A DNA stretch of 64,000 nucleotides from a bacterium (GTDB lineage: Bacteria > Zhuqueibacterota > Zhuqueibacteria > Residuimicrobiales > Krinioviventaceae). This document shows positions 12,292 through 20,412 of this stretch, piece by piece. The DNA is taken from positions 320,001 through 384,000 of the forward strand of contig CAXXFV010000016.1 in assembly GCA_963674595.2 (NCBI GenBank). The letters are read 5' to 3'. Made by a program: the position numbers and the translations under genes. A model generated the notes under the pieces. The model did not search any database. It was given only the letters and a program-made list of their open reading frames with translations, and was not told where the DNA came from. Within the stretch, counting starts at the first letter, position 1; each line of letters opens with the position of its first letter.

Positions 12292-12427
12292 CAAAAAAAC
12301 AACCTGCCACTGCTGGTGCAATCGTACAAAAGAAACTTTTACTTGATTTAAATGATTGAAAATTTTGTTCTTGTAGTACCTCTTGCACCTGTTGTGAATT
12401 AGCTAATTCGACGTAGCGGCAAGAGGT
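12292..12427 (-). promoter_or_regulatory. Transcription attenuator of the ilv-leu operon (alternative 1:2, 2:3 and 3:4 pairings plus U-tract)
   Basis: mRNA ACCUCUUGC (12419-12427) pairs with GCAAGAGGU (12378-12386). Overlapping GGUGCAA (12383-12389) pairs with UUGCACC (12315-12321). An imperfect hairpin at about 12300-12325 is followed by U7 (12293-12299). Confidence 0.75.
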
Positions 12428-12596
12428 TTAGAATCAAGAGAGGTAATATCTCTAGGCGTAATATAAAACCTAGAAGAATATATAAGAGGCCTAAAAAGAC
12501 AAAATAAACATATTTAACCACTAACTCATTCACTAATAAAACAGCGTCAATGAGCTTGGTTATCAAACTGATAAATATGTTAAACAGTATGTTCAT
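12399..12596 (-). CDS. Ile/Val/Leu-rich leader peptide (65 aa)
   Basis: 36 of 65 residues are L/I/V (20 L, 10 I, 6 V); includes 4 CTA and 5 ATA codons; lies directly upstream of ilvB, with its 3' end overlapping the attenuator. Confidence 0.8.
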   Translation of the reverse strand: MNILFNIFISLITKLIDAVLLVNELVVKYVYFVFLGLLYILLGFILRLEILPLLILNLLPLRRIS

Positions 12597-12631
12597 TATG
12601 TCTCAAATTTAGTGTAATTTGTAAAGTATAT

Positions 12632-12659
12632 AATTTAAATAAAAATATAAGAATGTCAA
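12632..12659 (-). promoter_or_regulatory. Putative sigma70 promoter of the ilv-leu operon
   Basis: TTGACA (12654-12659)-16 nt-TAAATT on the minus strand, about 35 nt before the leader ATG. Confidence 0.55.
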
Positions 12660-12675
12660 TAGAAAAATTCAATTT

Positions 12676-13200
12676 TCATAAAAATTTTCTTTTTTGCAAA
12701 AGCTGATAAAAGATAACAGCCAGAATTCCACCTGAAATCGCGGTTAAAAGTTGAGGGAATGTAAGGACGGCAATTATTTTATCTGATATAGTTTTACTAA
12801 ATAAAAGCGGAAATATCTTTGTCACAGAAAAGTATAACCATAAAAATTTTAAAAATGACCCGGCGATGATACTCAACCATAACCAGAATGAATGAAATAA
12901 TAGTGTTTCGCGAAAATATCGTTTTCTGTAAAACGAAAAGATTGTTACATAGGTTATATTACCAATTATGATCGCAGGGACCAACGGATATAAAACAGCC
13001 GGTAATTGCCCACGGATAAGAGCAATCATGGGTGTCAATACACCGAGAAAAATTCCTGCTAAGGGGTTTAAAACCAGGGTTGTAAAAATGAGCATTAAAT
13101 TAACAAGCGTTCCGGTGATGGGAGAAGGAAAACCAAGCATCTCCAGGATCACTGTAATTGTTAAAAGAATAACCAGTCTGCTTTTATATTTCATGTGCAT
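12676..13200 (-). CDS. ECF transporter S component (substrate unknown)
   Basis: 174 aa hydrophobic protein; PITGTLVNLML, GVLTPMIAL, PAIIIGN, PQLLTAISGG pattern. Confidence 0.7.
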   Translation of the reverse strand: MHMKYKSRLVILLTITVILEMLGFPSPITGTLVNLMLIFTTLVLNPLAGIFLGVLTPMIALIRGQLPAVLYPLVPAIIIGNITYVTIFSFYRKRYFRETLLFHSFWLWLSIIAGSFLKFLWLYFSVTKIFPLLFSKTISDKIIAVLTFPQLLTAISGGILAVIFYQLLQKRKFL

Positions 13201-13336
13201 TTATACATGTTATAATAAATTAATTTATCTGTAATTAAGGTTGATATTATAATAATTCCATCTTTTAAAGTCAACATCGTTTTTATTTGCTTTACCTGAG
13301 AAATTATTTATATTATTAAATATCAAATATATAACA

Positions 13337-15495
13337 GTGAGTTATAAAATGCCGCTTTTTCTTTTAATAAATATTTTAGGATTTGGGTTCGGCACGGCCC
13401 TTACCCTTATTCTGTTAAGCCTTTCTTTAAAAAAATATCCCAAACATTTTTCTGATTTTTCCTTTGGAATTGTTCTGTTTGCCTGTTTGTTATGGCATGG
13501 CGGTAATTTTATATCTCTGTTAATGACATTATTATTTGGGACGTTTACCACCCTTGTGGCGAATCTTGCCATGCTTTTTGCCTATTTGGGAATGGCAGCA
13601 CTTCCTTCTGTATTGATTCATGAACATTTGGCAACCTTTTACAGTATAAAACATCCTAAACTTGTTGCTTTGGAGAGAAAACACTATTTATTGTTTGCTC
13701 TTCCATACCTGCCTTTTTTGTTAATTATTATTTCGGGATTATCGCATTTTACTGCTGATTTTTCAATTTCTCAAAATTTTATAAACAGAATAAGAATTCC
13801 TTTTGATCTGTGGCTGTTAATTGCCTTGCTGTTTAGTGTTTTTCTGTCAAACAAACTTTACCATCTTTTATCAGAAAAAGCCGATCAGCATTTTTATCGT
13901 GACATAGCCTATATATTGGGCGCTGTTGCAGCCGGTCTTGTCTTTATTTATATTATACCCATATATCGCCTTGCTTATATCGGGCCTTATTTTAACCTCC
14001 TTATGAATCTGGCTCCATCTTATCCAATGGCACTGTTGGCTTATTATGTGTATCGTTACAATTTTTACAGACTGGTCATAAAACCAAGTTTGATTTATTC
14101 TTTAATATACGGCATTGTTATGGGGGTTTATTTGCTGGGGATTCGCCGCCTTGGTGAATATTTGAAACAGTTCCCGGAAATAAATTCGGAATTTATTGAA
14201 GGTTTGTTGTTAATTGCCCTTGTCTTTGCTTTTCAACCTTTTCGAAATCAATTACAAATTCGTTTGGATAAGGTATTTTTAAGGACCGTTATTATTATCA
14301 ACAATTTTTGCGTGAATTGTCTGATACAATCAGCAGTATTGTTGATTTGGAAACGTTGTTATTCACAATTAAAGATGCCATGATGACCACATTAAAAGCG
14401 CGTTATTGCACGTTGATTGTTTTTCTGGATACTGAACATGGTACGGAAATTTACAAATCCGTTGGTAATAAAGATGTTTATGCATTATCCGACATTGTCA
14501 ACGCACTTGTTGCTACTCAACATTTTCGTCTAAGGCGTCAAATGCGTGACCGCCGGGTCGTCTCTGCTCTTCGAAAAAATGCTTTGAAATAGCCATCCCG
14601 GTTTATTCTAATGAAAAATTTACCGGATTGATATGTCTTTCAGAAAACAGACCGTAATGCTTACTCTGATGAAGAGTTTGACATGCTGCAAACATTTGCA
14701 AATCAGGTTGGTTTGGCTTTTACCAATACTCTTTTAATTCAGGAACGGATTGATCTTGAAGGCCGGATATACGAATCTGAAAAATTGAATACGTTAGGGC
14801 GGCTTGCTACGACAATGGCGCATGAAATTAAAAACCCTCTTTCATCCATTAAGACCATTATTCAGGTTTTGCATGAAAATGCTGAAACAAACGACAAGCA
14901 TGATTTTATGCTGGTTATCAATGAAATTAACCGATTGAATGGTGTTTTGGAAAAACTATTAAGCTTTGCCCGTTCGGCACCTGCTAATATTGAACATTTC
15001 GATGTGTCTCAGGTTATACAAGAAACTTATGAATTATTAAAACACCAGGCCGTTAAATCGAAAATAGATTTAAAATTTGAGAACCAATCTGATATTTGGG
15101 TAATGAATAAACGGCAACCGTTCCGGGAAGTTATTTTTAACCTTGTTTTTAATGCTATTCAGGCGATTACCGGATCAGGGAGTATTACCATTTCCATTGT
15201 TCTAAAAAAGAATCAGGCTATGGAAACACAAAAAAAGAATTGGCCTTTGCGTCGAAACAATTACATTTTAATTTCAGTTAGTGATACGGGTCAGGGCATT
15301 CCTCCGGAAATCAGGGACAAAATATTTGATCCATTTTTTACAACAAAAACCGTGGGTACCGGACTTGGCCTTGCCATTGTTAAAAGAAATGTGTCTGTTC
15401 TGCATGGAGAAATATATGTGATTCACCATGAAATCGGCACGGAATTTTTAATTTATTTACCTAAAGAGATAAAAGATAACTATGACAAAATGTAA
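13337..15495 (+). pseudogene. Membrane-bound GAF sensor histidine kinase, broken by four single-base deletions (likely sequencing errors)
   Basis: Multi-TM N-terminus (13337), GAF segment (14308), HisKA H-box AHEIKNPL and G-boxes DTGQGI/GTGLGL (14683). Frames rejoin by adding one base near 14280, 14585, 14647 and 14653. Confidence 0.8.
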
Positions 15496-16879
15496 TGTTC
15501 TTATCGTGGATGATGAACCGGCTGCCAGATATGGTATGCAAAAAGCCCTGAAACAAGGACCTTATACTCTTTTTGAGGCTGAGAATGGGGAGCTAGCATT
15601 ACAAAATATTTTAGAGATCAATCCTGAAATTGTGATTTGTGATATCAATATGCCCCTTGTGAATGGGATGGAGTTATTGAAAAATATTCAGATCAACGAG
15701 ACAATTCAGCAGAAACCTCTTGTTATTGTTGTTACTGCCTATGGAACGGAACGGATCGCCGTGGAAGCGATGAAAAACGGGGCCTATGATTATTTGACAA
15801 AACCCTATGATATAGAAGAACTGCGCCTGATTTTGAAAAAAGCCTGGGAAAAAATCAAGCTTGAGAATGAAAATAAAATATTAAAACAGCGTCTAACCTC
15901 CAGTCTTTCTACTGAAATTATTGGAGAAAGCGATCAAATAAAATCTGTACTGAGTCTGGTTGATAAGGTCGCCTCAACAGATGCCACTGTTTTACTCACC
16001 GGACAAAGTGGAACCGGTAAAGAACTTGTTGCCCGCACCATTCATCAGCAAAGCCATCGCAGGAACAAGCCGTTTATCACAATGAATTGTGCCGCTATTC
16101 CTAATGATCTGGTGGAGAGTGAGCTTTTTGGTCATGAGAAAGGGGCTTTTACCGGTGCGACTGTTCAGCGGCAAGGCAAGTTTGAAACTGCAAACGGCGG
16201 TACTTTATTTTTGGATGAAATTGCAGACATGAGTCTCGAAACCCAGGCAAAAATTTTACGTGTTTTGGAAGATAAAACTATTACCCGTCTTGGTGGTAAG
16301 GATGTTATTAAAACGGATGTACGGCTTGTAAGTGCAACGAATAAAAATTTAGTTAAAGAAATTGAAAGTAATAATTTTCGAGAGGATTTATATTATCGTA
16401 TTAAAGTTGTGGAAATTAAACTGCCGTCTTTGCAGGAAAGAAAAAGCGATATACCTTTATTGGTTGATCACTTTATAAAAATGTTTGCCGATAAACACCA
16501 AAAATCTGTCAGAGGTTTTAAAAGCGCTGCCATACAAAGTTTAATTCGCTATAATTGGCCGGGAAATGTAAGACAATTATTACATGTTGTTGAACAATGT
16601 ATTGTGTTATCCGATAGCGACTATATTAAAATTGAACACATTCCAAATGAAATAACTGATAGTCTTGAAACTGTATCAGCGCCACTTTTAGATTCTTCTT
16701 TTTCTTTTACCAAAGCGAAAAAGGAGGCTATTCAAAAATTTGAGAGTAATATAATTGAAAATGCCCTGCAACGGACCAATGGAAATATTACACAAGCCGC
16801 TACATTATTGAAAATCAAGAGACAATTTTTACAACAAAAAATAAATCAATTGGGGATTTTGGCGGATAATTATCGCTAG
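15482..16879 (+). CDS. NtrC/AtoC-family sigma54-dependent response regulator
   Basis: Receiver domain (VDDE, CDINMP), Walker A GQSGTGKE, GAFTGA, WPGNVRQL, Fis-type HTH. Confidence 0.93.
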   Translation: MTKCNVLIVDDEPAARYGMQKALKQGPYTLFEAENGELALQNILEINPEIVICDINMPLVNGMELLKNIQINETIQQKPLVIVVTAYGTERIAVEAMKNGAYDYLTKPYDIEELRLILKKAWEKIKLENENKILKQRLTSSLSTEIIGESDQIKSVLSLVDKVASTDATVLLTGQSGTGKELVARTIHQQSHRRNKPFITMNCAAIPNDLVESELFGHEKGAFTGATVQRQGKFETANGGTLFLDEIADMSLETQAKILRVLEDKTITRLGGKDVIKTDVRLVSATNKNLVKEIESNNFREDLYYRIKVVEIKLPSLQERKSDIPLLVDHFIKMFADKHQKSVRGFKSAAIQSLIRYNWPGNVRQLLHVVEQCIVLSDSDYIKIEHIPNEITDSLETVSAPLLDSSFSFTKAKKEAIQKFESNIIENALQRTNGNITQAATLLKIKRQFLQQKINQLGILADNYR

Positions 16880-16884
16880 TAAAT

Positions 16885-16920
16885 AAAAAACCCCTGCTCA
16901 AAAGGGCAGGGGTAAATTTT
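16885..16920. terminator. Intrinsic terminator between convergent genes
   Basis: AAAAAA-CCCCTGCTC-AAAA-GGGCAGGGG-TAAATTTT. Confidence 0.8.
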
Positions 16921-18297
16921 TTAATTAACCCGGTTAAAAACAAAAGGTACATTAACCGTTACAGAACCTTCCTGTATCGGCGGGAATTTTAACCGTCTAA
17001 GTATATTTAAAACTTCTCGAATAAAGTCCTGGTTGCTGATAGAACTTTCAACAACATCAACTTTGGAGACTCTTCCATTTGCCTCAATTGTCACATCAAG
17101 ACTAATTTTACCTCCGAGATTTGGATCTTTGCGTAAATATTTGTTATATTGATACATAATCCGGCCTTGCTGAGAATTAATCACAGCCATGACTGCATCG
17201 GCTGTTCGTTGCCCCATTGCAGCCTGTGACCCACGTACCCGGCCGGGTGTTTGAATATTTACTTTGCCCTTTTTGCTGAGATTTACTTTTTCAACGCCTT
17301 CATCTCCAATAAGGTCGTCAATGCCGCCTGAAAGTCCAAAATCCAATAAATCATCTATACCATCGCCTGAACCGGACCCGACACCCGAACCTGTACCATT
17401 TCCACGGCCAACACCGTTTTTGTTTTTATGCAGCGATTTTTTGCCCAACAGGTTGTCAAGTTCCTGAACTAATCCCTTGTCGATGAGAAAATCCACAGCA
17501 GAGCTGGAAACGGAAGATTCTCCTCGACCACCGATCAGGCCTAACAAACCCTGGCTTGCGACCGGTTTTTTCGATTGATCAGAACTTCCTCCGGATGTTT
17601 TTTTCTTTTTCGAGCCTTCTTTTTCTTCTGTCTTGTTTTCGTCTTGTTCAGTTCCTTCTGCTGTACCGTTCGTAGAAGTAATTTGTACTTCTTGTTTAGG
17701 CTCTTGTTTTTTAATAACAAATTTTGCAAAACGTTCCGGTACTTTAGCAATATCAGGTGGTTTTTCCGGTGCGAGTTCTATTTTGCCTATCCAAACTCCA
17801 AAACCAACTTCAAAAAGTATGAATAAAGTAAGAAGGACTTTGAATAACAAATCTCTTTTTAAGGATTGATTGGTTGCGGAAGTCCAGGAATAGTTGGCTT
17901 TCGGCTTTTCAGCAGCACCGTCCATTGACGTTGAAAATTTAAAATCCAGTAATGTATCCTGCAGTTTAATACGCCCGGCTTGACCGTCTTTTAATTTCAA
18001 GCACGCATGTTTCCCGTTTTGCGGTAAAATGTCCTGAATGAGTAAATCCTGAAAAGACAGAACAGACTCTTTATAATACAGGTTACCATTTAACTCGGGT
18101 AAAACATTCAGGTGAAATCGCCCTTTTTTATACTCTAATAAAGTGTGTGATTTGGGGACTTTGGCATCATAAACAACAATATCATTATCGGGATTTTTAC
18201 CGATTGTTAGTTTATCCTTTGAATGAAGGACTCTTTTTGTTTCAGAGCTTCCTTTTTTTATTTTTATTAAAACCAGACTGTTTTTTGATTTAATCAT
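16921..18297 (-). CDS. FHA-like + TM + Gly-rich linker + TonB-like (AgmX/PglI) C-domain protein, GltG-like
   Basis: LTIGKNPDNDIVV N-terminus, single TM, GRGNGTGSGVGSGSG linker, C-terminal YNKYLRKDPNLGGKISLDVTIEANGRV...FPPIQEGSVTVNVPFVF. Confidence 0.75.
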   Translation of the reverse strand: MIKSKNSLVLIKIKKGSSETKRVLHSKDKLTIGKNPDNDIVVYDAKVPKSHTLLEYKKGRFHLNVLPELNGNLYYKESVLSFQDLLIQDILPQNGKHACLKLKDGQAGRIKLQDTLLDFKFSTSMDGAAEKPKANYSWTSATNQSLKRDLLFKVLLTLFILFEVGFGVWIGKIELAPEKPPDIAKVPERFAKFVIKKQEPKQEVQITSTNGTAEGTEQDENKTEEKEGSKKKKTSGGSSDQSKKPVASQGLLGLIGGRGESSVSSSAVDFLIDKGLVQELDNLLGKKSLHKNKNGVGRGNGTGSGVGSGSGDGIDDLLDFGLSGGIDDLIGDEGVEKVNLSKKGKVNIQTPGRVRGSQAAMGQRTADAVMAVINSQQGRIMYQYNKYLRKDPNLGGKISLDVTIEANGRVSKVDVVESSISNQDFIREVLNILRRLKFPPIQEGSVTVNVPFVFNRVN

Positions 18298-18337
18298 TTA
18301 TATTTCAAATATTTTTCAAGTTCAATTCAATTACTGT

Positions 18338-18856
18338 TTATCCTTTTTGAAGGACTGTCAACAGCATATTATTATATCCTACTTCTCCACAAGTCAACAT
18401 AATACGTTTTAACAAATTAAATGTTATTTCACGATCTGCCTGAATGGAAATATTACCCTGAAATCCTTTCATCTGGTTAGAAATTTCACCTATTCCTTCA
18501 GACATTGCTCTTAATTTTAATAATTCATCATGCAAATTATCAATAAGCAATTCTTCCTGAAAAAGTACGGTTTCGATTTTATCGATAGGGCGGCCATCAA
18601 CCAATATCCATTCGTTTGTAATTGAAATAACGGACGTTACCTTGGGGGCCTTTTCTGAAGTTGATTCCGGGAGAACAAGGTCTTTTGAAAGTGTTACAAT
18701 TTGGCCTTCAGCACTGTAACTTTTTAAAAGGAAAACCAAAAGAATTGTAAACATGTCAATCATAGAGGTTAATTTTAATGCAAAAACACCTCTTTTGGTC
18801 CTTTTGTTACCGGTGGCCAATCTTAAAACCGTTTGTTGTTCTTCGATTTTTACCAT
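18338..18856 (-). CDS. ExbD/TolR family protein (AglS-like)
   Basis: LKLTSMIDMFTILLVFLLKSYS TM with the conserved Asp; IQADREITF. Confidence 0.85.
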   Translation of the reverse strand: MVKIEEQQTVLRLATGNKRTKRGVFALKLTSMIDMFTILLVFLLKSYSAEGQIVTLSKDLVLPESTSEKAPKVTSVISITNEWILVDGRPIDKIETVLFQEELLIDNLHDELLKLRAMSEGIGEISNQMKGFQGNISIQADREITFNLLKRIMLTCGEVGYNNMLLTVLQKG

Positions 18857-18863
18857 AATTTAT

Positions 18864-19331
18864 TTAGCCTGAAATTGATATATTTGGAAAACCGGATTCC
18901 CGGCATTTATCCATTACATTAATTATTGTGTTATATTTTATTTCATCATCAGGTGAAATAATAATATCTTCCGAATCCGGGTATTTTGTTTTAACTTTTG
19001 CCAACTGTTCATTTAATATTGCCCAGTTGTATTCATTATTTTCTTTAGTAATTTTAGAAAATTTTAGGTCAGGGCTTTTTAATTCAAAATCATCTTTTCT
19101 GAGATACAGAAAATTTATAACAATAGCTTCGGCAGGTTTTTCTGTAACAACTGCTGATTTTTTATCAAGGTTCGGAAGCGCCAGTTCTAATACGGAAATT
19201 TTAACAAAAACAGCGGTTAAAAGCATGAATGGAATGAGAATAAGAAAAACATTCATTACGGCTGTAAGATTGAGTTCGGTTTCCTCAGCATGCCCTTTTC
19301 GTTGTCTGTTTAGTGATTCTTTAAGGTTCAT
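18864..19331 (-). CDS. ExbD/TolR family protein (AglQ-like, TM Asp replaced by Asn)
   Basis: ELNLTAVMNVFLILIPFMLLTAVF; IKYNTIINVMDKCRESGFPNISIS. Confidence 0.85.
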   Translation of the reverse strand: MNLKESLNRQRKGHAEETELNLTAVMNVFLILIPFMLLTAVFVKISVLELALPNLDKKSAVVTEKPAEAIVINFLYLRKDDFELKSPDLKFSKITKENNEYNWAILNEQLAKVKTKYPDSEDIIISPDDEIKYNTIINVMDKCRESGFPNISISG

Positions 19332-19955
19332 TTATGACCTCGAATTTGACATATACCGAAAAAGTCTGGCTACATTTTCATTAATTTCATCAATCTGTTC
19401 GTTTGTCTTTTCAACAAGATATGTGAAACCAATAAGACATGGAATGGCAGTGATGAGGCCAAAAGCTGTTGTGTTCATGGCTAATGAAATACCTGCGGTT
19501 AAAAGTGTTGCTTTATCGGCTGCATCGGCATGGGCAACAGCCGCAAATGAATTAATTAAACCTAAAATTGTACCCAATAAACCCAGCAGGGTGGCTACGT
19601 TGGCAATCATCGAAAGATAGTGAGTTCTTTTTTCCAGTTTAGGAATTTCAACCATTGCCGAAAGTTCCATTGCATTTTGAACGGATGATGGGGAATGGTT
19701 CATCTCTTCGAGACCAGCTTTGGTGATTTTGGGTAAAGCAGCATCTGATAAATTACAATATTCAATTGCTTTGTTTGTTTGGCCTGCTTTAACCAGCTCA
19801 ATAATACGGTTTACAAATGAATCCGTATCGATACGATTTTTAAAACGAATGTAAATAATACGTTCAATGATTATGACAAGACCAAGAATAAGAGCAAATA
19901 AAATAACATACATAACTGGTCCACCACTGGTGAAGAACCTGATAATACTATCCAA
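19332..19955 (-). CDS. MotA/TolQ/ExbB proton channel family protein (AglR-like)
   Basis: ANVATLLGLLGTILGLI, ISLAMNTTAFGLITAIP; TTG start after AAGGAGGT. Confidence 0.92.
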   Translation of the reverse strand: MDSIIRFFTSGGPVMYVILFALILGLVIIIERIIYIRFKNRIDTDSFVNRIIELVKAGQTNKAIEYCNLSDAALPKITKAGLEEMNHSPSSVQNAMELSAMVEIPKLEKRTHYLSMIANVATLLGLLGTILGLINSFAAVAHADAADKATLLTAGISLAMNTTAFGLITAIPCLIGFTYLVEKTNEQIDEINENVARLFRYMSNSRS

Positions 19956-20050
19956 GTTTTACCTCCTTAAAAAAATGTTTAATAATGTATAAAAAATAAA
20001 TGGGCAAGGTATTTTATTATAACCTGCCTGCTAAAAGCAAATAATATTAT

Positions 20051-20398
20051 TTACCAAGGGATATAATCTTTACGATTTTTTGTGGGTACCGTTTCAATTT
20101 TAGCAAGAAACCGACCTTTTTTTTCAACCGGTCTAAAGATTTGATTAAAAAAGGACCTTTCAATTTGAATATCATCAATTTCAGGATCGTTCCCTGGTAC
20201 AAAAAATACGGCCTGTGGTCTTTCCAACTGTCCACTAACTTCTATTTTATCCAGTAAAAGTTTAATTGCTTCATCTCCTATAACGGGAGCCTGTTCGCTT
20301 TCTTTCGCTTGATCATTTTTATTGTCCTGCGCCTGAGCTGTCAACAGGGTTGCAAGCATTACAAAAAACAAAATTGTAATACATTTTTGATGTAACAT
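20051..20398 (-). CDS. Small exported protein, GltF/CglF-like
   Basis: Signal peptide (AQA-Q); LDKIEVSGQLERPQAVF...ERSFF motif; sits between TPR and ExbB genes. Confidence 0.6.
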   Translation of the reverse strand: MLHQKCITILFFVMLATLLTAQAQDNKNDQAKESEQAPVIGDEAIKLLLDKIEVSGQLERPQAVFFVPGNDPEIDDIQIERSFFNQIFRPVEKKGRFLAKIETVPTKNRKDYIPW

Positions 20399-20412
20399 TT
20401 ATACTCCAATTT

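Noticed and set aside
12399-12596. Leader ORF as a type I toxin or membrane peptide
   Set aside because: Position, CTA/ATA codon use and overlap with alternative pairings fit attenuation better
18928-19620. 230-aa plus-strand ORF
   Set aside because: Antisense to the exbB/exbD-like genes, with no recognisable motifs
19990-20030. Imperfect hairpin plus T-run between the gltF-like and exbB-like genes
   Set aside because: Bulged stem with a large AT loop; too weak to call a terminator
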